NCBI GenBank assembly: GCA_965207895.1
Contig: CBDBNN010000003.1
Span: 451,755 to 515,754 of the forward strand
Direction: 5' to 3'
DNA from: Dehalococcoidia bacterium
Lineage (GTDB): Bacteria; Chloroflexota; Dehalococcoidia; UBA6926
DNA: 64,000 nt
In this document: piece after piece, positions 28,943 through 36,484 of the stretch
How positions within the stretch are numbered: position 1 is the stretch's first letter
How the letters are laid out: the number at the start of each line of letters is the position of its first letter
Notes under the pieces: generated by a model
Database searches by the model: none
Told to the model about the DNA's origin: nothing
The model's input: the letters and a program-made list of their open reading frames with translations, nothing else
Made by a program: the position numbers and the translations under genes

Positions 28943-30469
28943 CTATCTGGCATAGCCCATCTCCGCCAGAAGTTCGTCCATCCTGGCCACCGCCTCATCC
29001 CGCCGCTGCTCCGCCTCTCTCAGTTGAGCCAGCGCCTCCTCTACCGGCATCACCTCAACCGGTTCCGTGGTGTCCACGTAGCGGCTGATGTTCAGGTTGA
29101 AGTCGTTGCCCTGTATCTCCTCAAGCTCTGCGACGTGGGCGAATCGCTTCACGTCCTCGAAGTCCCTGTACGCCTCAACGATCCTGCTTATGTGCTCCGG
29201 GTCGATGAAGTTTTGAGCCTTGCCGGGACGGAAGTAACCCTCTTGGGCCGCGTCCACGAACAGCACCTTCCCCCGCCTCTCCACAGGCTTGGCCTTGTTC
29301 AGCACGCAGATGGCGACGGGGATGCTGGCCCCGAAGAAGAGATTTGGGGTTAGGCCGATCACCGCCTCGAACAGGTCGGCCTCAACGATGCCCCGCCGTA
29401 TCCTTCCCTCCGCTCCGCCACGGAACAGGATTCCGTGGGGCATGACCACGCCCACCATGCCCTGGGAGTTGGTCACTCCCAGCATGTGCAGCAGGAAGGC
29501 GAGGTCGCCCCTGGTTCTGGGCGGCGTTGCACCGTAGCGGTCAAAGCGGTGGTGCGGGTCGTTGGGAGCGAAGTCATGCCCCCAGTTTTTGAGGCTGAAG
29601 GGAGGATTGGCGATAACCCGGTCGTAGGACAGTAGCCGTCCTGACTGGTCCACAAGACCCGGCTCCGCTATCACGTCACCAGCCTCCAATCGACCGGCGC
29701 GGAGCCCGTGAAGGAGCAGGTTGAGCTTGCCGATTGCCAGAGTACCGAGGTTCCGCTCTTGGCCATGCAGCGCGAGGTTCCGGTAGTCTCCGCCCTGTTC
29801 CCGCACGTACTGCGCCGCATAGATGAGCATCCCCCCGGAACCGGCTGTCGGATCGCAGATGCGCATCCCTTCTCGGGGTTGGAGTAACTCGATGATGAGC
29901 CGCACCACCGAGCGGGGCGTGTAGAACTCGCCGCCCTTCTTGCCGGCGTCGTCGGCGAACCGGTTGATCAGGTACTCGTAAGCGTCTCCCAGCACGTCAC
30001 CGCCCCCTGCCGCGTCCCTGCGCAGGTTCTCGTCGCTCAGGTCCAAGTCGCCAAAGTGGTTCAATAGGCTGCGGATGATGCGCTCCCGGTTGGCCGGACT
30101 GCCCAGCTTCGACTCGTCGTTCCAGTTGTTCGGAGCCAGTACGCCTTCCAGCCTGGGGTTGGCCTCTTCAATCGCATGGCTGGCCACGTTGAGCGCCTCT
30201 CCCAAGCCCATGGTGGCTCCCAGGAGAGTGGTCCATCGGGCGGATTCAGGGACGAAGAACTCGTGCTCGTCCTGGTCGGTGAGCGCAACCTCACGGGCAA
30301 CGCCCGACTCCACCGCGCCCTCAACCTCCTCGTCGAAGCGGTCGGAGAGCCGCTTGAGGAAGAGGATGGAGAAGATGTAATTCTTGTAGTCGGCGGCGTC
30401 GATCTGCCCGCGCAGAATGTCGGCGGCCTGCCACAGCTTGGACTCAAGCTCCTGTTTAGTGAGTGGCAA
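28943..30469 (-). CDS. hsdM: Type I R-M N6-adenine DNA methyltransferase subunit
   Basis: N-terminal HsdM_N block (LWQAADILRG ... YKNYIFSILFLKRLSD), AdoMet motif and NPPF catalytic motif. Confidence 0.95.
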   Translation of the reverse strand: MPLTKQELESKLWQAADILRGQIDAADYKNYIFSILFLKRLSDRFDEEVEGAVESGVAREVALTDQDEHEFFVPESARWTTLLGATMGLGEALNVASHAIEEANPRLEGVLAPNNWNDESKLGSPANRERIIRSLLNHFGDLDLSDENLRRDAAGGGDVLGDAYEYLINRFADDAGKKGGEFYTPRSVVRLIIELLQPREGMRICDPTAGSGGMLIYAAQYVREQGGDYRNLALHGQERNLGTLAIGKLNLLLHGLRAGRLEAGDVIAEPGLVDQSGRLLSYDRVIANPPFSLKNWGHDFAPNDPHHRFDRYGATPPRTRGDLAFLLHMLGVTNSQGMVGVVMPHGILFRGGAEGRIRRGIVEADLFEAVIGLTPNLFFGASIPVAICVLNKAKPVERRGKVLFVDAAQEGYFRPGKAQNFIDPEHISRIVEAYRDFEDVKRFAHVAELEEIQGNDFNLNISRYVDTTEPVEVMPVEEALAQLREAEQRRDEAVARMDELLAEMGYAR

Positions 30470-31088
30470 CTAGCGCCTCTCCCATTGATGTGTATACGGC
30501 CCTGCGGCCGATGTCATGGATTACGGAGTCCCTAAGTGTCTCGCGTCGCAGGCGGGCGACCTCGACCGCCGCAACGTAGGCATCCTCGGACACCTCCACG
30601 AGTCTGGCCACTGCATCAAGCTCTCCGTCGGACAGTAATGGAATCTCGATCTCTCCCAAGCTACGTGCGGATAGAGTCGTCACCGTGGCGTTGACCACCA
30701 GCCGCTTGGCGAGTTGCGCTCGGCCCTGGGAGGAAGTGAGGAAATACCAGAGCCAGTGTCCCAAGCCGGATTCGGGTCGCTTGGGCCGCACCACCAGCAA
30801 GGTTACACCTGCAACCGTACGCGACACGCCGGGTGGCACAAGCGCGGTCTGAAGCGACCCTGCGCGGGCCGTCACCAGTATGTCGAAGGGTCTCAGCAGG
30901 TGGCGCTCGGTGCGCAGGGTGCGCACGACTCCCACTTCCCGAAGACCGTGTGATTCCAGCCAACCGTCGTCACGCAGGTCGCCGCTCTCGACGATGCGGA
31001 GCATCCAGTCGCCGCGTTGCGATCCGGCCCCGCGTCCAGCTTGGGCGAGGCCCTGGTGTACATGGGCGAGGTCTGCAACACATGCCAT
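30456..31088 (-). CDS. HsdS-like protein with a single target-recognition domain (half-S)
   Basis: FDILVTARAGSL ... VVRPK ... WLWYFLTS ... IEIPLLSDGELDAVARLVE follows the TRD plus conserved-linker pattern of HsdS. It is only about 210 aa and overlaps the hsdM start. Confidence 0.5.
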   Translation of the reverse strand: MACVADLAHVHQGLAQAGRGAGSQRGDWMLRIVESGDLRDDGWLESHGLREVGVVRTLRTERHLLRPFDILVTARAGSLQTALVPPGVSRTVAGVTLLVVRPKRPESGLGHWLWYFLTSSQGRAQLAKRLVVNATVTTLSARSLGEIEIPLLSDGELDAVARLVEVSEDAYVAAVEVARLRRETLRDSVIHDIGRRAVYTSMGEALVATH

Positions 31089-31173
31089 GCGAGTAACATA
31101 GCAGTGTATGGCTATTCAGTCAATGCTTGACATTGTTACAGGGTCAGTAAGCTGCCGAACATAGGAACATGGC

Positions 31174-31890
31174 CTAGCCTCGCCTCCAAAGCTTACCTCG
31201 TCGGGCCGGAGAGGTCTGTAAGGCTACCCTACCTTCTATCGATCCTCGGCTGCTTCCAAATCGGCTGTCCATGAGAACCGTATTTTTTTGTGTCCGCTTT
31301 CGTGTCGATTGGCAGACGAAGAAGGACTTTGATGCATACGCGATCTCTCTCAGGCTGTCAGTCGCCTGGCGTACCCCGAAGACTGCGCCGACCAACAGCC
31401 ATATCCTGACCTCTGTTTCCTCGTTCAGCTGCAGAACACCCTCCTCGAACAGGTCGTCCCACCCATACAGGTACATCAACTTCTGGGCGCATACCACCGC
31501 ATGCCAATTGAGTTGGGCAATGTCTGCCGGAAGCGTCGCTGCCATCAGCCATCCCCCAGGCAGACCGGCGGCGAAGGAAACGCTGGATGACTTGACGATA
31601 TGCGACATGATGATCGCATCGGCCATCCGGTCAAGCGTTTCCATAGGCACGCCGGCCGCAAGAGGCGTTGTCGCGATCGCCTTCCCGACCTCGATGCTGT
31701 TCTGGGCATAGTAGCGATCCAGCTGTTTCCCCAGGAACGTTCTGCGGTCCACCTTCAGTCCTGGGATAGCCGTCATCGCAGGCAGCAGCCGTCGCAGAAT
31801 GGGGTGAGAATGACTATCCCCACGCCCGTTCTTGCTCTCACTTTCCACGCCGCCATCCTCGTCTTGCGTCCGCGTTGATATGTCGGTCAC
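31174..31890 (-). pseudogene. EcsC-family gene, N-terminal part, disrupted by the integrative element
   Basis: The first ~190 residues look protein-like (AAGLPGGWLMAATLP ... LMYLYGWDD). From about residue 192 the ORF reads low-complexity junk (STRKRTQKNTVLMDSRFGSSRGS...). The displaced C-terminus is at 12746-12916. Confidence 0.45.
31288..31307. repeat. right copy of terminal imperfect inverted repeat (candidate att half-site)
   Basis: 16/20 match to the reverse complement of 12991-13010. Confidence 0.4.
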
Positions 31891-32012
31891 GATTATCTCC
31901 CCACGCTTGTCACATCTATTTTAACTGGTCCGCGCGTGCCCACCTAGTCTACGTGTCTGTAGGATCGGTATCGGCGAGGAATGTAGGTAACGTCACGGCA
32001 ATTGTGGAGCAG

Positions 32013-32291
32013 TTACTTGAGCTTTATGTGCTGAATCAATTCTAGGAATTTTGTGGCATCCTTTTCCCGCTCACTAAGGGTAGTCGTATGGATATAGAGA
32101 TCCGGCGAACGCTCAAGAAACCTCTCCATGAGCCGTCGCTTCTCGCTTTCGACTCGATTCAACTGAGAGGGTTCATATACTAGCAACAGGTCGATGTCGT
32201 TTGGGGAGTCGACGCGAAGGCCTGAACCAAACAAATATGCTTCACTGAAACAGTCGCTGATCAGCGAAGCGATAAAAGAGTAGTCTTGCAC
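32013..32291 (-). CDS. minimal nucleotidyltransferase (MNT, Pol-beta superfamily)
   Basis: hG[GS] and DxD signature LFGSGLRVDSPNDIDLLLVY. AT-rich segment. Confidence 0.75.
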   Translation of the reverse strand: MQDYSFIASLISDCFSEAYLFGSGLRVDSPNDIDLLLVYEPSQLNRVESEKRRLMERFLERSPDLYIHTTTLSEREKDATKFLELIQHIKLK

Positions 32292-32298
32292 CGTTCAT

Positions 32299-33474
32299 CT
32301 ACTTCAGATTGTTATGGGCATAGGCGAAAAACGCAGTTTGATTCGCGAGCCAAACGCCAATCGACTCAGCAAAGTCTTGAGCATCCGCACTTACTGGGCC
32401 GCCATTCCAGTTATGTAGATTTATCACGATGTCACCTTTGTCCAAGGTCATTCCGTGGAGATCAGAGAGAGAAAGTACGTATTTGTAGCACAGGATTACC
32501 GTAACCTTGTCCGCTATAAGCAATTTGGTCAGCTGAGGGAAGTCCGGGAAGCTGTAGCGAATCTGATTCCTTTCCAGCCAATTCGCGAAGAAGACGAGAT
32601 CACTTAGGCGTACATCTGTCGTATGTGCCCTATAATGATGACCATTCCAAAAGATTTGCTGCAGCCTTGGGCGGTCTTCCAAGCTCATTTCAACTACCTC
32701 CCCGTCTTGGAGGTATGCGACGCTTGGGTGGTCTCTAAAGTTCAACGTAACGAGGTTGTCATTAGCAGAGATGACCGACAAAAAGTTCTGGAAAGCTGAC
32801 AGGCTAGGGGGATAGCCGCGCCTCTGAGGTTTAATGCCGAAAAGGGATAATAGACCATCCGGGAAAAATAATATGCGCTCCATAGGCTGGTCTGCTCTCG
32901 TGTGGAGAAACTCATGGGAATGGGCAACGAACTGCTCGACCACGTTTTTGTTCTCGCGGTGCAGGAGGTGTTTGTTCTTAGTCAATAAGAGCTCTAGACG
33001 TTGGTTGTTGCTAACCAGTGCGTTTTCAAATTGACGCCACAGTTTCCCGCTGATGGCTTCTTGGTTTTCGCTATGGGGACCGTAGTCATCAAAAATCTGT
33101 TCATTTCGTTGCAAGAGAGGGACTACGGCACGCTCTAAATCTGCAAAAGAGTTGAATCTCTTTGCAAAGAGGGCATCTAGAGATTTCTTTCTGGAGGCTT
33201 TCCATTGCTGGAGCATCAAGATTGTAGTAGAGGTCCTGTCACTATCTGTAGTTCTGTGGCAGTTGGGGCAGAGGAGGAGTAGGTTATTGGGCTCTATAGA
33301 GCCTCCCCCTGCATGCGGTTCAATGTGAGCAATGTCGGCAATACTCTGCCCATCAACTATGAGTTCGGATTGACAGCTCGGATTCATGCATAGGCCTGCC
33401 GATTCGGACCAAAGTAGTCGCTGGGTGGTAAGTGGGACTGGGGGTCTAGTCATCACAGATACCCAGCGAATCAT
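32299..33474 (-). CDS. HNH endonuclease-domain protein with an uncharacterised ~280-aa C-terminal domain
   Basis: N-terminal C-x4-C ... IAHIEPHAGGGSIEPNNLLLLCPNCH HNH motif. AT-rich. 7-bp gap to the downstream MNT gene, so an operon. Confidence 0.75.
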   Translation of the reverse strand: MIRWVSVMTRPPVPLTTQRLLWSESAGLCMNPSCQSELIVDGQSIADIAHIEPHAGGGSIEPNNLLLLCPNCHRTTDSDRTSTTILMLQQWKASRKKSLDALFAKRFNSFADLERAVVPLLQRNEQIFDDYGPHSENQEAISGKLWRQFENALVSNNQRLELLLTKNKHLLHRENKNVVEQFVAHSHEFLHTRADQPMERILFFPDGLLSLFGIKPQRRGYPPSLSAFQNFLSVISANDNLVTLNFRDHPSVAYLQDGEVVEMSLEDRPRLQQIFWNGHHYRAHTTDVRLSDLVFFANWLERNQIRYSFPDFPQLTKLLIADKVTVILCYKYVLSLSDLHGMTLDKGDIVINLHNWNGGPVSADAQDFAESIGVWLANQTAFFAYAHNNLK

Positions 33475-33530
33475 GCCCTTACTTCACCTCACAAAGCACG
33501 AGGGAAGATTGGTGAGCGTCTAGCTTTGTT

Positions 33531-34406
33531 CTATTCGAACGCGGGCATGCCGCAGAAGGCTTCGTAGTCGATGAGTTCCGTCACCGTCGGGTTCTCGCCG
33601 CATGCGGGGCAATTCGGATCCTTGCGGATCTTGACCGTCCGCATGTCCATGTCCAGCGCATCGACCATCAGCAGTCGATTCACCAGCGGCTTGCCGACGC
33701 CCAGGATCAGCTTGATGGCCTCTGTGGCCATGAGGGAGCCGATGATGCCCGGCAGCACGCCAAGCACGCCAGCCTCCGCGCAGGAGGGAACCATGCCGGG
33801 GGGCGGCGGCGCGGGGTACAGGCAGCGGTAGCAGCCCTTCTCGGGCAGGAACGTCGTTACCTGCCCGTCAAACATGAAGATTGAACCGTGCACGACGGGC
33901 TTGCCCGTCAGCACGCCGAGGTCGTTGATGAGGTACCGCGTGGGGAAGTTGTCCGTCCCGTCGATGAGGATGTCAAACTCCTCCGCGATCTCCATGGCGT
34001 TCTCAGAGTTGATATGCTTGGCGATCTTGACGATGTCTGCGTCCGGGTTGATCTCCCGGATGGTGTCCTCGGCGGAGTCGACCTTGGGGCGGCCGATGTC
34101 ATCGTGCCCGTGCAGTAGTTGTCGGTGCAGGTTGGTGATATCGACGTCATCGAAATCGACGATGCCGATCTTGCCGACACCGGCGGCGGCCAGGTACATG
34201 GCGAGCGGGGAACCGAGCCCGCCGGCCCCGATGAGCAGCACGCTCGCGTCCATCAGCTTGCGCTGCCCGATGCTGCCGACCTGCGGCATGATGATGTGCC
34301 GACTGAATCGTTGCACCTGCTGCGGCGTCATCACGCGCGGGGGGTCAATCGGAGCGGTTGCCGCGACACCGTTCGCAGTCGTTGTCCTCTCTGTTGTCGT
34401 CGCCAT
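33531..34406 (-). CDS. moeB: molybdopterin-synthase adenylyltransferase MoeB/ThiF (E1-like)
   Basis: Rossmann GAGGLGS, ThiF-family core and a C-terminal CxxC...CxxC zinc motif (CYRC ... CPAC). Confidence 0.85.
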   Translation of the reverse strand: MATTTERTTTANGVAATAPIDPPRVMTPQQVQRFSRHIIMPQVGSIGQRKLMDASVLLIGAGGLGSPLAMYLAAAGVGKIGIVDFDDVDITNLHRQLLHGHDDIGRPKVDSAEDTIREINPDADIVKIAKHINSENAMEIAEEFDILIDGTDNFPTRYLINDLGVLTGKPVVHGSIFMFDGQVTTFLPEKGCYRCLYPAPPPPGMVPSCAEAGVLGVLPGIIGSLMATEAIKLILGVGKPLVNRLLMVDALDMDMRTVKIRKDPNCPACGENPTVTELIDYEAFCGMPAFE

Positions 34407-34547
34407 TACTGATGTCTCCAGTTATCCCTAGCGGTATCCCGTTCAGACAGTATAGGGGATTGGGGGTGGGGGTGGGGGGGGATTCTGTTGGCACGCCCGT
34501 TGCCAAAAACGTTACGCTAGTAACGTTACGCAATAACCGCCACACTT

Positions 34548-35255
34548 TTGGAGGGAGAGATGGCAACAGCGACGCGGGAGCAGGTACCGCGGGAAGCATT
34601 TCGGGGTATGTATTTGGCCCCGAATGCTTCGTTGTACATCCGAGCAACTTTCCCCCCAGAAACTCACTTAAGCCTACCTTCAACCAAGCTACTTAGGTGG
34701 ATACGAACTGGTGTAGCTGGCGATTCGTACCAAGGCATCCCGGGTAAGGACATCTTGATTGACTTCGAAGACCTGATTTCAATGCGAGTCATTTCTGCGC
34801 TGCGGGGTGCCGGTGTGACCTGGCCCAAGATTTGGGAAGGAGAGAACTGGCTAAAGGAGAATACGACTGCTAGGAAACCTTTCGCCACGATGCACATTTG
34901 GAGCGGTTCGGGTGACATCTTTACGGAGTGGTCTAGGAGGCTGATTGCTGCTAGTCGGCATGGCCAACTTGCGTTCGACATATTGCGCGATTTCATAATT
35001 CCAGTTCATGGCCTGGGTTTCGATGAGCACAGCAAAGTAGCTAGATGGTGGGAGCCGTCTTCGGAAGTAAGACTCCATCCAGAAATCCAGTTTGGTGCGC
35101 CATGCATAGCGGGGACACGAATTCCCACACAGGCGGTTGTAGGAGCCGTAAACGCTGGGGATCCCAAAGAGCTTGTGCAAAAGGCCTACGAGATTACTGC
35201 GGAACAACTGGAGGCCGCACTTGTCTGGGAATCGCGACTCCGTTCTGCAGCCTAA
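34548..35255 (+). CDS. DUF433 domain protein with N-terminal extension
   Basis: C-terminal PEIQFGAPCIAGTRIPTQAVVGAVNAGDPKELVQKAYEITAEQLEAAL matches DUF433. AT-rich islet. Confidence 0.65.
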   Translation: MEGEMATATREQVPREAFRGMYLAPNASLYIRATFPPETHLSLPSTKLLRWIRTGVAGDSYQGIPGKDILIDFEDLISMRVISALRGAGVTWPKIWEGENWLKENTTARKPFATMHIWSGSGDIFTEWSRRLIAASRHGQLAFDILRDFIIPVHGLGFDEHSKVARWWEPSSEVRLHPEIQFGAPCIAGTRIPTQAVVGAVNAGDPKELVQKAYEITAEQLEAALVWESRLRSAA

Positions 35256-35649
35256 CCCTCGGTACGCTTTAGATGAATCTTTGTCGCGGCCTGTCGCTCA
35301 GGCCTTGGCTAGTGTAGGTATTCCGATCTTCTCAGTAATTGACATTCTTGGGAAAGAGGGCGCAACCGACAAAGAGATCTTAACGTGGTGCCTAAACGAA
35401 GATGGAATCTGGATACATGCGGATGACATTCGACATAGGAGATTGTTGCGCGAAGGTTCAGCTGGTGCCAAGACAGTTTGGGTGTTTAGGCCTGATGGCA
35501 AACTAGGTGTAGCTGAGCAACTCCGCATACTCGCTGTAGTGCTACCACGCCTCGAAGATAGGATTGAATCTAACCCTTCGACACTTCACTACATAGCGAG
35601 CGCTGTTAATTCGCTCGCGACTCCCAAGCTAACGGCAATTAGGGGTTGA
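35173..35649 (+). CDS. DUF5615 (PIN-like, Mut7-C-type) protein, partner of DUF433
   Basis: LDESLSRPVAQALASVGIPIFSVIDILG matches the DUF5615 N-terminus. Start is uncertain (no clean ATG; possibly TTG near 35219). Overlaps the upstream gene as DUF433/DUF5615 pairs usually do. Confidence 0.5.
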   Translation: MCKRPTRLLRNNWRPHLSGNRDSVLQPNPRYALDESLSRPVAQALASVGIPIFSVIDILGKEGATDKEILTWCLNEDGIWIHADDIRHRRLLREGSAGAKTVWVFRPDGKLGVAEQLRILAVVLPRLEDRIESNPSTLHYIASAVNSLATPKLTAIRG

Positions 35650-35735
35650 GGTTTTCTCTTCAGGCCCCACTCTTCGTTCTATTCATACTCATGCGTACTT
35701 TGCTCTGCTGCTGCGTGGTACCTAGGGCACATGAT

Positions 35736-36020
35736 TCAGCTTATCCGAGCGCTGATTGATGAACGGGCGACAATTACACGTCTTGCAGCTAGCCTGACGT
35801 CGTCGGCTGCGTCCTTGAGCACTTTGATATCGCCAAGTGCGTAGTCATAGTCGCTGGCATCTGAGTCCATGTCAGCCACGCTCTCTTGCAGGAAGTTTTG
35901 CTGGCTTACGATAGCCTCTTCAAGCAGTTGGAGTGCCTTTTCAGCGGCGGTGGCGATGCCGTCCAGAAAAAACAGTTCGTGTAGCCCACTATGTTCGATA
36001 TCACTCATTTGGTACCTCAA
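35736..36020 (-). CDS. hypothetical small acidic protein
   Basis: ORF on the AT-rich islet. No family recognised. Confidence 0.3.
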   Translation of the reverse strand: MRYQMSDIEHSGLHELFFLDGIATAAEKALQLLEEAIVSQQNFLQESVADMDSDASDYDYALGDIKVLKDAADDVRLAARRVIVARSSISARIS

Positions 36021-36107
36021 GACTGCCTAGTTGATTTGTAGTCCGGTGACCGGAACACAGGAGGCTGGCCGGTGTCAAGGTGGTCTTGGCGGTGTACGAA
36101 CAAAAGG

Positions 36108-36184
36108 TGGCGCGCCCGGCAGGATTCGAACCCGCGACCCTCGGTTCCGAAGACCGATGCTCTACTCCACTGAGCTACGGGCGC
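36108..36184 (-). tRNA. tRNA-Arg (TCG)
   Basis: Cloverleaf by eye: acceptor GCGCCCG/CGGGCGC, D arm GCTCAGTGGAGTAGAGC, anticodon stem TCGGT/ACCGA with loop CTTCGGA, T arm GCGGG-TTCGAAT-CCTGC, discriminator G and encoded CCA. Confidence 0.8.
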
Positions 36185-36395
36185 GCGCCATCAGTACAGA
36201 ACAGTATCCATCGTAACGCTGATTGGGGCGAGGGGGCTTTTGGTACCCGCTCCTCCTTCGACAGGATCGGGGCGAGCGGGGGAGAGATTCCTCGGCTGTG
36301 CTCGGAATGACAGGGGAAGGCAGCGCTGCGCGCCGCACTGGATCCCCGCTTTCGCGGGAATGACGAAAGGGATGCGGGGATGACGGTTAAAGACT

Positions 36396-36423
36396 GGGGG
36401 CGCCCACCACGGTGGGCGCCCCC
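36396..36423 (-). terminator. GC-rich hairpin downstream of the substrate-binding-protein gene
   Basis: ggcgcccacc ac ggtgggcgcc perfect inverted repeat, followed on the minus strand by a short T-rich run. Confidence 0.4.
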
Positions 36424-36484
36424 TTCAACTCGATCACTCTGCGAGCCTCACATGGCTCGTGTCATGTCAGGTTGTCTGTTTGAG

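Larger units (their letters stand above)
12947..31307. mobile_element. integrative element inserted into an EcsC-family gene; carries the serine integrase, a Type I R-M system, a DUF1016 nuclease and repeat-rich regulatory DNA
   Basis: Integrase at the left edge. The host gene is split, with the N-terminal part (junk tail from about residue 192) at the right edge and the C-terminal fragment at the left edge. Imperfect inverted repeat gtttggcaatcgacactaca (12991-13010) matches the reverse complement of tttcgtgtcgattggcagac (31288-31307), 16/20. The exact crossover points are not determined. Confidence 0.5.

Noticed and set aside
33531-34406. MoeB/ThiF as part of a defence system (E1-like, next to the HNH/MNT pair)
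   Set aside because: Native high-GC composition and a canonical MoeB zinc-motif C-terminus point to housekeeping molybdopterin/thiamine biosynthesis. Adjacency to the AT-rich pair is probably incidental.
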